From Squalus acanthias (taxonomy: Eukaryota): 64,000 bases of DNA. The position numbers and the translations under genes are program-made. Numbering within the stretch: position 1 is the stretch's first letter; every line of letters begins with the position of its first letter. The notes below the pieces were generated by a model. It was not told the DNA's origin. It made no database searches and saw only the letters and a list, made by a program, of their open reading frames with translations. The DNA lies in contig CM059425.1 of NCBI GenBank assembly GCA_030390025.1, positions 177,136,001-177,200,000 on the forward strand. The letters are read 5' to 3'. Shown in pieces: positions 24,051 to 36,669 of the stretch.

Positions 24051-25071
24051 TGTGTAAATTGGGTGAGGGCTAGCACTTGACTGAATGATAAGTGGCATTG
24101 GAGAGCTGAAGTAAGAGATGTGATGGTATTACCCTGTTCAAATGGAGAAAGGGTTATAGGGTTGTGCATATAGTAATTGCTGTTAGGGAACATAGGTAGT
24201 CAAACTGTGAGATCCCAAGTTAATGCTACTTAACCAGATTGCATTGTGAAAAGTTAGTTATACAGCTGTTAATTTTAGAGGGTGAAGAGTGTGCTGGTGC
24301 CCAAGGAAAAAAAGGTAAAATGGCCGTGTGTTACCTTGTCTGCCTTGATCAGGTCATTGAACTTTTTCCAGTACCATTCACTTCACCTTGTTAGCCCATT
24401 TACTTCCATGGAAACGCAGCACTCTGTCCTGATTTCTGTTTCATTGAGGTCAAACCTGTGGCATCTTCTTTTCTGCCTCTGTTTCTTGACCTTGTCCCCT
24501 CTATGGCTGCCTCTGCCAGATTCTCCTGAGTTAGACATTGTTATAAAGTGGCACAAAAACAGTCATGTAACATGCTATCAAACTGACTGAACCAAACACT
24601 GTTGTTTACTTACCTGCTGTCCTCCCCCTCCCCCTCCCCCTCCCCCCCACCTCTAGTGTGCTGCTGCAATCTTCAACAAGAATTGTCTTTTTAAGGGCTG
24701 CACTCTAATTCCCATGCTCCCTGGGAGATTACTCCTGTTTTACATGGGTTTTAAGCCAATCACTACTCCACTACACACATCAATTGCCCCACAAAATTCT
24801 GTTGTAAATGCCTCTCCAGACCATCAGTGGGTACAACTCATTTTCCATTATGTAAAATGTAAAAGTGGTGCAACTCATTATGTGGCATTTCTAAGCCAAT
24901 GTTCTTTTTATCAGAGCTCTACCATCCCTTTTCCTATGTACACACAAGGTGAAACGGAACTATGGACCAGCTACATGACCTCATATTTATACATTGGAGC
25001 AGGTTAACCTCTCATGATACTTAGGATGATGATCCAGAAATCATGGGCATGAACTTCTAAAAACCCATAAT

Positions 25072-26265
25072 CTGGAAAGATAGGGCATTACTAGGGGACA
25101 CAGATTTAAGGTTTTGGGCAAGAGATACAGGGGGCATGTGAGGAAAAACTTTTTTACGCAGTGAGCGGTGAGGACCTGGAATTCGCTGCCGACGGAAGTG
25201 GTGGAAGCGGAAACACTCTGGGGGAAAAATTCAGTTGGTTGCGCCTCCTGTTAGCGCCTTAAGAGGGCGCTAATGGGGCACAAAGCATCTAGCGCCCAGG
25301 CGCGGCGAAGTTTGTGCCGCTCGCGAAATTAACTAGACATTTTGCGGCGGCGCTAAACACTACCGCCACGATCTCCTGCGCCGGCAGATTGTGACGTCAG
25401 TCGAGTGCGCAACGCCCCGGTATCGCCCCGGAGCGGATATTGAGTGGCGCCCCCTGCCTTACCGCCTGACGCTAGCAACGACAGGTTGAGGGGAGCGTTC
25501 TGCAGTCATGAAGGGAAAGGGGGAGCGCTATTTAAAGGTGACCGCTTCTTGCCTTTTATTGTTGGTGCCATTTTTGAACTACGCATTCTGAGAGAGAGAG
25601 ACTTCTGGAGAGATTCAACGTTGTGTGAAGGAGTTTTGGGTACTGAGCAGCACTTTGCAGGTTCATTTTGATTTGCCATTCCTTGTATCGATTTAGAAGA
25701 GACTGTGGGGGCTGCACTCTGAGCTCTTTGCCTCGTACTCTCCATTGTTCTTTCCAGCAGATTTGATGTGCAGGTCTCTCCAGGCCGAGATTCAAGGCTG
25801 CAATGAGCAGGATGTGGAATGAAAGCAAGATTAACCATCCCCTTTAAGAACTGGCCGGTGCCATTGTGTGTGTGTTCCATTGCTGACTGACATTACATGA
25901 GCTTCGCCAGCGCTCTGAGGTAGCGCCTCGCTCCTCGGCCTTTGCGCCTTAAGACAGGTGTGAAGCGCCTGATTTAGAGCTCCAATCACCTCCAGGGGCG
26001 ATAAAAGTCAAGTTTGCAGTCAGTGGCGATAATTAGCGCCAGGCGCTAATCTTTGCGCCCGGCCGATAATTGTGCCCCAAATGGGGCGATACTGAATTTC
26101 TCCCCCTTTATGTTTTCAAGGGGAGACTGGATAGGCACTTGAGGGAAATAAACTTGCAGGGCTACGGGGATAGAGCGGGGGAATGGGACTGACTGGATAG
26201 CTCTACAGAGAGCCGGCACGGACTCGATGGCCCGAATGGCCTCCTTCTGTGCCGTATGACTCTAT
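25072..26265 (+). mobile_element. CR1 3' end interrupted by a family B element
   Basis: Nearly the same sequence as the CR1 3' end at 9120-9406; tail resumes at 27159. Confidence 0.85.
25220..26106 (-). mobile_element. Harbinger-type non-autonomous element, family B copy 1
   Basis: TIR gggggaaaaattcagt/actgaatttctccccc; TSD TCT/TTT; many GCGCC/GCGCTAA subterminal repeats. Confidence 0.85.
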
Positions 26266-27158
26266 GGGGTAGAAATTAGGTCGCGCCCCATTTGGGGCGC
26301 AAATATCGTCCGGACGCAAATATTAGCGCCTGGCGCTAATTATCGGCACTGACGGGAAACTTCACTTTTACCGCCCCGGGAGGTGAGTGGAGCGCTAAAG
26401 CAGGCGCTGCACACCTCTCTTAAGGCGCAAAGGCCGAGCAGTGAGGCGCTAACTCGGAGCGCTGGCGAAGCTCATGTAATGTCAGTCAGCAATGGAACAC
26501 ACACACAATGGCACGGGCCAGTTCTTAAAGGGGATGGTTAACCTTGCTTTCCATCCACATCCTGTTCATTGCTGCCTTGAATCTCGGCCTGGAGAGACTT
26601 GCACATCAAATGTGCTGGAAAGAACAATGGAGAGCACCAGGCAAAGAGCTCAGAGTGCAGCTCCCACGGTCTCTGCTAAATCGATACAAGGAATGGCAAA
26701 TCAAAATGAACCTGCAAAGTGCTGCTCAGTACCCAAAACTCCTTCACACAATGTTGAATCTCTCCAGAAGTCTCTCCCTCTCTCTTTCAGAATGCGTAGT
26801 TCAAAAATGCCACCAACAATAAAAGACAGGAAGAGGCCCCCTTTAAATAGCGCCCCCCCCAGCCCCACAGCGATTGATAGCGTTCCAGTCTTCTGGTCGT
26901 TGGAAGCGCCAGGCGGTAAGGCAGGGGGCGCCACTCAATTTCCGCTACGGGGCGCCCCAAGGGCGTTGCACCATGGAATGACGTCACAATCTGCGTGCGC
27001 AGGTGGTCGCAGCGATAAGTTTTAGCGCCGCCGCACAATCTCAAGTTAAGTTCTCGAGCGGCGCAAACATCGCTGCGCCCGGGCGTTAGCGGCTTTGCGC
27101 CCCATTAGCGCCCTCTTAAGGCGCTAACGGGTGGCGCAACCAAGTGAATTTTTACCCC
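26266..27158 (+). mobile_element. Harbinger-type non-autonomous element, family B copy 2
   Basis: TIR ggggtagaaatt/aatttttacccc; TAT TSD in the CR1 tail. Confidence 0.9.
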
Positions 27159-27684
27159 TATGACTCTATGAATTGGTTACCTGAGTCCTTGCCCCTTTTT
27201 CCACCCATCAGAATTTCCAACCAATGATGAGGGCAGGCGCATAATAGCCTCCCCATAAACATATATTATGATGTCATGCAAATGAGGAAATTAGTCATGA
27301 CATTCCCTAGGCACAAGGGATGTTTGTGCATCTGTGCTGTCCATCAGAGCACTTGATTACAGTATCGAAAATGATCTATTAAAGAAACAGGGCACTATTA
27401 AACATTTTTGAGGACCTCTGGATGTTTGTGGGGCCAATACGCTCTGGCAAGGTGCCACAGCAAAGTTCCAACCTAAAATGGGCACTTCAGCAGTGTTGTA
27501 AATAGATGAACATTGGCTGAAAATATATAAATGTAGGAGACTCTACAAACTGGGATGGGGTCAGGGGCACAACTAGTAGGCTGCAGAAGTTCTGCTCAGC
27601 TGTAATTATGGTTGGATGAGAAGAAATTTGGGGCCATGTCTCCTCTTGATGGTGTTTATGCTTATCCTTAGATATTATCCTTGG

Positions 27685-27970
27685 CTCATTGGTAGCACTC
27701 AAGCCCCACTCCAGAGACTTGTGCACATAATTTAGGCTGACACTTCAGTGCCAGTGTCATTGTCAGTGGTGCCTTCTTTTGGATGAGATGTTAAACCAAG
27801 GCCTTCTCAGGTAGATGTGAAAGATCCCATGGCACTATTCAAAGAAGGGCACGGGTGTTCTGGCCAATATTTATCCCTCAACCAAAATTAACAAAAAGCA
27901 AATGATCTGGTCATTTATCTCATTGCCGTTTCTGGGACTTTGCTGTGTACAAATCGGCTACCGCATTTCA
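27685..27970 (+). mobile_element. Degenerate DeuSINE/SacSINE1-like SINE
   Basis: ccccactccagagacttg...taggctgacact...ggatgagatgttaaacc...gatcccatggcactatt. Confidence 0.65.
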
Positions 27971-28109
27971 TATGAATGTACGACAAAGACAGACAGAAAT
28001 ATATAACTGGCTCATCAAGTCTGTTGCATTCAGCCATATTACAACTTGAGGAAAATGTGGAGATTCTGCCCTATGTCCCACATGCACATCACCCCACTGA
28101 GTGGACCAT

Positions 28110-28645
28110 CTCTAGTTACCCTTGGGAATGTAGAGGCAGACGGCCTTCTTGAGCTGCTGCAGTTTTTGTGGGACCTTGCTGTGTGCAAATCAGGTACCGC
28201 ATTTCATACTCTCCCACAATGTTGTTAGGTAAGAAGTTCCAGGTTTTTGACCCAGTGACGATAAAGGAATTGCAATATTTATCAAAGTCAGGATAATGCG
28301 TGACTTGAAGGTGTTCCCATGCACCTGCTGCCCTCGTTCTTCTAGATGGTAGAGGTTGCAGGTTTGGGAGGTGTGGCCGAAGAAGCCTTGGTGGAATGCT
28401 GCAGAGCATCCTATGGATAGTACACACTTCAGCCACAGTATGTCAGTGGTGAATGCACTATAGGCTAGTGATTGAGCTAGCCATCAAGCAGACTACTTTC
28501 TTCTGAATGGTGTTGAGCTTCTTGAGTGTCGTTGCAGCTGCACACATCTAAGCAAGTGGAGAGTATCCCATCACACTCCTGACTTGTGCCTTGTAGATGG
28601 TGGAGAGGCTGTGGGAAGTCAGGAGGTGAGCCACTAGTCGCAGAA
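28110..28645 (-). mobile_element. Non-LTR retrotransposon 3' fragment (CR1/L2 group, distinct family)
   Basis: LSTIYKAQVRSVMGYSPLA and PRLLRPHLPNLQPLPSRRTRAA remnants. Confidence 0.7.
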
Positions 28646-30494
28646 TGCATAGTATGAAGAGGAAAAAAAACTTGCCAAATAGCTGAGTACAGGTAGGTTT
28701 TACCTGAATGGCAACGTTAGTATTCCTGTTCATCCACTCACTATCAGCATTGCAGGATTACTCAGTAGTGGAAGATAGAGGAAAATAAAACTATCATTGG
28801 TCTGTGTTGTACATATTTGTTGGGTGCAGTGCGAGTTGTAAAACAGAAAATATACATCTAAAAAAAACTTCAGGGCTGCAAATTTTAATTTGCACCAAAG
28901 AATATTTCATAATAGAGTATTAAAATTAATATCAATGCTCATTTTCCTACATTACATGACTTCAAAAATTACCTTTGAACTCTATTACATTTGTTGTCAG
29001 GATATGGGCAACACTGCCCATTCCTAGTTGCCTCGAACAGGTGGTAGGCTTTCTTCTAGTGGGCAATTGTTTTTACAACTTAGTGTCTTGCTAGGCCATA
29101 TCAAAGGACATTAAGAATCAAGTATATAGTGCAGGATTGGAGTCACAGGTAAGCCAGGCCAGGTAGGGTCAGTAGGTTTCCTTCCTTGGATGTCTTTAGG
29201 GAATCAGTTGAGTTTCTATGACAATCCACCAGCTTTCATGGTCATTTTTCCTGCATTAGGCTACAAGTTACTTAATTTATTACATTCAATTTCACAACTT
29301 GGCATGGTGGAATTTTAAATCAGGATCTCTAGGTTAGTAGTCCAGTATTATAACCACTGCACTATCATACCACTCCAAATGAGGGTGAATTGCCTGTCTG
29401 GAAACACCAAAGTAGAAGAGTTTCAATGAAAAGGGCAAACTACTATTGCATTAATGCATCTGTGCACTAGATGGAGCACTCAGATATATTCATGAATATA
29501 ATATTGATAACATTGTAAGTATCAGTTAATCACAAACATTTACCACTATACTGGTGATACATGATATAGAATGAAATTGGTTATTTTATGAAAATTTACA
29601 TGCATCAGAAGTTGCGTTTACAGAGCAATATCAAAAGCACCAATGGAGAATCGCATCCAACATCAGGCAACCACTGGGCATATTGGAACCCTGGCACCCA
29701 ACTGAAAAGATTTCCTCACATTAAACAGATGTAGCTGGCATTGCCCCTCAAACACTGGCAAGTTCAAATTATATTCAGATTCAACCTCTGCACAAACAAT
29801 CTTCCGACGTCTCATAGAAGTGGCATTTGCAGCATTTTGATGTCATCAAAAATCATTTGGCTTTCTGAATTATGTAATCCACTGTGAAAAAGATTAAATA
29901 ATTAATATAGTTACTGAAAATTACAGCCCACTTCCTAAAATATGTGTATTTGTGGAATAAACAAAATACTTGCTGCAGAAATGCAGAATAAGGTACTTAC
30001 CCTAAGGTGGGAGTGACCTGCGTGTGATTTTTAGGCTGTGGCTACACTGTAGTTTCTAATCTCAGATCATGATCAATTAGCTGCCAACAACATCTGATTT
30101 ATTGTCTGGCTGTAACATTAAGGAGAGCTGAGGCATGCATGCGCACTGCTTTCCTCCCGGCCACTAAATTTTAAAGTTACATGAAAGTATGCATAGGAAC
30201 ATCCACTATCTCAAAATATTTAAATAAACTCTACTTAAATTTATAAAATTAAGTAATGGATTCCCAGAGCATTTTCATACTAGACATTGTATTGGTGTTA
30301 TATAGTATTTCATGGTTGAAATAGTACATGGTAAAGAAGGCATGCTGGGGAGATCAGTAGGCAACAAACCATGATGCCAATATTCCTCCTGTTAGTGCTT
30401 GGACCTGGGGCATAATGCTGAGGGAAAACAGGCCAGAGGCGCAGATTTCTAGGCATGTTGCAGGCAGGGGCGAGAGCTTTGCTTCCCCACATTG

Positions 30495-30745
30495 AACTCT
30501 ACCATAGTTCTGCCCATTCACTTAGTCTGTCTATGTCCTTTTGTAACCTCCTGCTCCCATCTGCACAACTTACTGTGCCTCCTAACTTGGTGTCATCTGC
30601 AAATTTGGATATACAACTCTCTATTCCTTCATCCAAGTCAGTAATACATATAGGTGAAAAGCAGAGGCTCCAGTACAGATCCCTGGGGCACACCACTTGT
30701 CACATCCCGCCAATCAGAAAACGTTCCCTTTATCTCTACTCTCAA
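30495..30745 (-). mobile_element. CR1 RT fragment
   Basis: [14 protein letters not shown]...[12 protein letters not shown]. Confidence 0.85.
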
Positions 30746-31499
30746 ATGACCAGCAGGCACAGGGGCAAGATTGAAGTGCCAGAAGATAATGGCGTTCTCT
30801 CTCTAATAGTATCAGATGCGTACCATCCTGGCCCCTACCTTCAATGACTTTCCATGTGGCAGAAAGCAACCAGGGCCATTTTGGCACTGCAGGCATGGAT
30901 GTGTGACAGACTGAGGCAGAATCCATCTGGTGCTCATGCTCAGAGGTCAGGGGCCACCTGAATCTCAGAAGTTCCTCTCAGAAACACAGCCAATGGCCGC
31001 TTCACAGGGTCCATGCATAGGGCTAGCACTTCATGGAAGCACCAGCGTACATCCTACTTCAAGACACACATGCACTACTAAGAGTGCAAAGCACTATAGT
31101 AGCAGGCAGTGAGACAAGAGTCAATACAGAGAATAAATTATGCTTGGTTTGTACTTGTAACCTTCTGGTAAATTTTGATTTACGTTGCCTGGGGAACAAG
31201 ATATGCATTGCAGAAGAGTGGTGATAGGGTGGTTTTGTGAGTGCAGAGAATATTTATTTTTTGAAGAACAAAAGGAAAGATGTATAGAGGCCTAGAAATG
31301 CAAAGTATTTAGAGGGATACTTAGAAGAAGGTTTCCTCTACCAAAGCCTGTCAAATAGCTCCTGCAGATACCGAAAATGCTTGCTGAGCTCCACAGAGAT
31401 GTCCTCCACCTGTTCTTCACAGAGCTCTTACTTTGGGGGCTCCATGTGAATGCTTTTTTTAAAGGATGAGGTTGTATCACAACATCACAATAATACTTG

Positions 31500-32150
31500 T
31501 TAGGTTACACTGGAAGATATCCTTCCTAGCTATCAAGGCATCTGAAATGCTGCTTTAATGTGTCAATGGTGGGCATTCATAGACCTGAATTTGTGCTGAT
31601 GGTCACTCACAAGTTGAATGTTGATTGAGTGGAATCGCTTGTGGTTCATATATGGGGCACTGTAGTTGATTGGAGTACATACATATATGCATCCCATCAA
31701 TGACACCTGGACTTTGGGGAAACTGCCCTTTGAAAAAAATCCTAGGGTTCTCTCCCATTGACCATGGGTAATCTGATGAAATTGTTTGCGCGAACAAACA
31801 ATGCTTCAGTAGTCTGCTTTATCCAGTGATGCACTGGAGACTTACTGATGTCACTGATGTCCCTACTGGCCCACTAAGGAGAACCCAAGGTGATAAAAAT
31901 TCAAGGTGGTTATCACTTTGATTGCACCATGTCTGCCCCACTGTTCAGCTGCAAGTCCTTCTGAGGCAAATGGCACAACTCAGTCACCACCCTGCTGATG
32001 AAGCTGAGCCTGTAAAGGTACCTTACCTTTTGTAAGATCCAGATAATTCTGTCGGGCACAATATATATCATATGGGTATGAGCCTTCTTCCAATGCTGCT
32101 GGACTTGCCTGGCATCCTGGAGTTCCTGCTCATTCTCCTCTTTCTCCAAA
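31500..32150 (-). pseudogene. Decayed Harbinger transposase remnant
   Basis: FPQSPGVIDGMHI and RLSFISRVVTELCHL..DLQ resemble the transposase segments at 10465-10959 and 58059-58977. Confidence 0.65.
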
Positions 32151-32454
32151 TAAGACCTTAATTCAACGTGGGGAAGTATGAAGTTATCGACTTTATATCC
32201 AACAAAGACAAATCAGAATATTTTCTAAATGGTGCGAACTAGAAGCTGTGGAGGAGCAACGGGATTTAGGGGTCGATGTAAAAGCTAGTGCATAGATATA
32301 AAAAGTAATCAAAAAAGGCTAATGGAATGGTTGGCCTTTATCTCAAGGGCGTTGGAATACCAAAGTGAGGAAGTAAGGCTTTAGTTGTACAGCGCCTTGG
32401 TCAGACCCCATCTAGAGTACTGCATTCAGTTTTGGGCACCGAACCTCAGGACTA

Positions 32455-32571
32455 TTAAAATAGCAAAATACTGTGGATGCTGGAATCCAAAACAAAAACA
32501 GAAAATGCTGGAAACACTCAGCAGGCCAGGCATCATCCATGGAGAGAGAAACAGTTAACGTTTCAGGACTA
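32455..32571 (-). mobile_element. Short Penelope terminal fragment in CR1
   Basis: aaaacagaaaatgctggaaacactcagcagg...gttaacgtttcagg; TCAGGACTA duplicated at 32446-32454 and 32563-32571. Confidence 0.7.
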
Positions 32572-32711
32572 ATATATTGGCCTTGAAGGGAGTACAGGGC
32601 AGATTCACCAGAATAAAACTAGGCCTTAAAGGGTTCAATTATGAGGACAGGTTACATAAACTTGGTTTGTATTCCCTTGAGTTTAGTAGGTTGAGTTGTA
32701 ATCTAATCAAG

Positions 32712-33474
32712 GGGGGAAAAATTCGTTAGCAACCATTTTGGGTCGCTAAGATCACCTGGGCGTTAAATTTAGCGCCCGGCGAAAAATAGTGCCGGCGATC
32801 GCTAACTTCAGTTTTAGCTCCCCAAGAGGGAGGTGGAGCGTTAATTCAAGTGCTCCACTTCCTTCTTAGAGTGCTAACCCTGAATATCGGGGTGGTGCGT
32901 TCTGCAGCGCTAGGCACTGGCCCACGTAGTGCTGCCGCATGGAAGGGCTCTTCCCCTCATTAAAGGGGAGGGCCCAAGCCCACAACTCTGCGGGGCCCTA
33001 CCTGGACCATCGGGGAGTGGGGTGCTGTGCCAGCAGCCTGGCACACAAGAGGAGTGCCGGGCTGCCAGATCGCGGCATGGACCCCTCATTCAAAGTGGCA
33101 ACAGGCCGTGACAAGTAAGTCGGCCGATCTTTGTGTTCCCTGCCCGCCACCTCCCTTTAGTTAGCGCCCCGCGAGCCTCCTGCCACTCTGTTCCTGCCCC
33201 CTCAATCGGTGGCTGTCATCGCCTGCCGCAGATTCAGGGGGCACGGGCCAATTTTGCAGGCGGGGCAAAAACAGGGCGCTGCGCACGGTGATGATGTCAT
33301 CATTGCCTGCGCAGCGGAGCGGGGCGCTACCGGTTACCACCACCTCTAAACTCCCACTGAAATTAGCGGGAGTCGTTAGTGGCGCCGCACCCGGTCGAAA
33401 AGTCATTTGTGTCCCGTTAGCACCCACCCGGGGGGAGGCGCTAATGGGGCGCAAATGCACCGAATTTCTAGCCC
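32712..33474. mobile_element. Harbinger-type MITE (GC-rich, separate family)
   Basis: TIR gggggaaaaattcg/cgaatttctagccc, AAG TSD, inside CR1. Confidence 0.85.
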
Positions 33475-33835
33475 AAGGTCTTTAATATGATCAAGGGATA
33501 TGATGGGGTAGATACAGAGAAACTATTTCTTCTGGTGGGGGAATCCAGAACAAGGAGGCTTAATCTTAAAATTAGAGCTAGTCCATTTAGGAGTGAAATC
33601 AGGAAGCACATTTTCACACAAAGGGTAGTGGAAATCTGGAACTCTCTCCCCCAAATGGCTGTGGGTGCTGGGTCAATTGAAATTTTCAAGACTGTAGTGC
33701 TAGATTTTTGTTAGGAAAGGGTATAAAAGGAAATGGAGTAAATGCAGGTAAATGGAGTAGAGGTACAAACTAGCCACGATCTAATTGAATGGTGGAATAG
33801 GCTCAAGGGGCTGAATGGCCTACTCCTGTTACTTT

Positions 33836-34665
33836 GGGCTGGATTTTCTCAATGGAGACGTGCTGGAGGTGGGACTTCTGGTTTCCAGGTTTCAGTCCCG
33901 CCCCCAGCGACGTCTGACCAACCCACGCTATTTCCCTTGATTGGCCTCCTGCGGGCTTACCAGCCAATTAAGGGAAAGCTGGTGACAGATGACGTCAGCG
34001 TATGACGCTTCATCTGTCGAAAAATTTTTGACAGATGAATTGTCAGCGTTTGACAGCTTTGAGAAGCTGTCAAACACTGACAATCTCTGTTCTAAGGTGA
34101 GCCCTTGCACACAGACTCACCAAGACCTCTCTCCTCAGCAGAAAGCAGATGGCTGCTGCATCTGAGAATGCAGCAGCCATTCTGTCATCTCTGCCGTTGA
34201 GATGAGGCACCTCCCAATCCTCAAAGGTTGAAGCCTGCAGAAAGAACAAAGGTAAGTAAACTTTTTCCAACACTTTACACTAACCTCTCATACTTACCTC
34301 TACACACTTGCACCCGTCACTCACCTCTACAGCTGACATTTCGACCCCTCTCACCCCTGCAGACCCACTGCTCGTCTCGCTGACCCTGGCGAGGTTCGCA
34401 GCCATCGGGAAGCCCGCAATTGCAGGCGTAAAATGGAGAAAAGCCTCAAAACTGCCTGTTAACTACCCGTTAACAGGCAGTTAATTGGCTCTAATCCCCT
34501 TCCCGCCTCGAGGAGACGGGTCCCTGCGCGACTCGAAGACCCGACTCCCGGAAAGATGGCACGGAGGCGGGTTGGGAGCGGGGTCGGTACCCGCTCCCAG
34601 TTTCTGCCATTTTCCCGGCAGTCCCGCCTCCATACCCGCCTCCCCAGGGCTGGGAAATTTCCCCC
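33836..34665. mobile_element. Harbinger-type non-autonomous element, family A copy 2
   Basis: Starts gggctggattttc, ends ggaaatttccccc; colinear with 7964-8796; TSD TTT/TAT in a CR1 tail. Confidence 0.85.
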
Positions 34666-35181
34666 TATGCTACTCGTGACTGCAAACTGTGTAGTAAGTG
34701 CTAACATTTATCATAAACACATACAGTGCAAGAATATAAATTGTTGCAGCCATGCCTCCTGCTTCGCCATCTCCCACCTCCTCATCTAACCCTGAATTTG
34801 TACAGTCAACTCCTTCAACGTGGAGAATAGTTGAAGTACAACTGTGCTTCCTCCTCTTCCTCGTTATTTATATTCTTCTCCTACAGAGGCATTTGTTTTG
34901 CAGCAGTCCACCATACGGCAACTCTTAGAGAGACATTGCAGATTGAATAGTTAACATTTCGAAAGCCAGGGCTGTCCTGTATTGCCCTGGCTCAAGACAC
35001 CAATCAGGACCCCACCCCCCACCCCCAGCCCCCCATCATAGCAGCAGAGTTATGATACAGCATGCTAAAGCAATAATGCCACTGTTTGGATTGATCAAGG
35101 GGTGGGCGGAGGTGCTGCTGCACAGTCCAGCCAAGGACGAGCAAGATCATCATCATGTGCTGCATGCTTCACAGATTCATA

Positions 35182-36669
35182 GGCCGCAATTTTCCCTACC
35201 TCGGAGGGTCCGTGGCGAGTGACGTCGGTGGCCGGTTGCGGCCCCGCTGCTGGCTCCATACCGGCCTCCGACATGACTTTCCCCTGATTGGGCTTGTTAA
35301 GCCCGCCCAGCGAGTTTCCCGGCCAACTGAAGGAAGCGGGTCTGGTGATGTCATTTGATGACGTGTCATCAGCCGGTTTCCTTAAAGGGACCATGCGCAA
35401 ATTTATTTTGACATTTGTGCTGTCAGTGTTCTACAGCATTGAGGTGCTGCAAACACTGACAAGCACTGCACAGAGGTGCACGGCTGCACCCAGGCCCTCG
35501 CATGACTCCCTCCATATGATCATGGAGGGAGTCACAGCACGCAGGGAGGTTACTCTTCCCTTCCAGTGGGTGGAAGAGACCTCCCCAGGAGACCAACGCA
35601 GCCTGGTTGCACATTGCAGAGGAGGGCACAAGCAGGGATGTCATCAGGAGGACCAGGCTGCAGTGGCGCAAACCTTTCAATGATCTCAGTAGATCACGAA
35701 ACGTTACTGCAAAGCCACACTCAACCTCATCCTGCTGTGCCATGAATCACATCCCCATCACTCTGCCTTCCCTACCCTACTCCTGCACATCCTTACTCAC
35801 ACCAACTTACCTTGCACCTCCACCCAGCCCTCTCTATCTATATTATCACTTCCCCATCTCACTAGCCACCCCTCACACTCACCCTCATCTTAGTCCAATC
35901 ATACCAACTAACAACACACAAGGGTAGGCACTTGTGTGTTTTAGCCAATGTTCATGTGAAGTTTCTGTTAATGTGCTGTCAAACATTGAAATCTTTATTT
36001 TCAACACTTCACATTATTGGACAGATTTGTGTGCACCTTTGGAAGTGGCTTAGTGAGTTGCAGTGACTGGTGGGACCTAACGGTACCCCCCGCAATGGTA
36101 ATGAGTGTGAAAGGAATGGCTTGGGCATTGTAGGGATGCTTTATGTTGTTGGTGTGGGATGATGCCAACCTGGCGCATCATGCGGCAGCCAGGGTGTACA
36201 GCATCAAGTGAAGTAAATGTGGCTATGGTGAGGCCATCCCTGGCCTCCCGGGCAGCAATGTGTTCGGGTGCTGATGCCCTCTGTCCTATGCAGCATCAGG
36301 TGATTGTGGAGAAGGTTTGTGTGGTTGTTGGTGCTGCTGGTGTGCCTGGTGATGCTGGTGTTGGGGCTGATCGTGGTCAGATTCTGAGGACCAAGGTGAG
36401 AGAGTATAAAGTGCACCCATGCTGATGGAATAGATGGCAGGTGAAGTAGAGATGACAGAAGCGATCTGTCAATGGTAGGAGAGGTATTGAGGTCAGACTG
36501 GATGGAGACTTATCCCCTGCCGCTGCCTGCTCAGCACTGGCAGACCTGACATTGGGAAATGCAGCTGTGCGTGTTTTGACAGTGGGTTTCCGACCCGCTG
36601 TCAATCATTTTCATTTCACAGCTGACCCGCCGCCAATCGAGTCCACAGAGCGCCGGCAAAATCGCGGCC
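35182..36669. mobile_element. Harbinger deletion derivative with Myb (+) and transposase 5' (-) remnants
   Basis: TIR ggccgcaatttt/aaaatcgcggcc, ATA TSD; AAPRPSHDSLHMIMEGVTARREV and QWRKPFNDLSRS fragments. Confidence 0.85.

Larger units (their letters stand above)
32160..33833 (+). mobile_element. CR1 3' part with two nested insertions
   Basis: [32 protein letters not shown] and tail. Confidence 0.85.
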
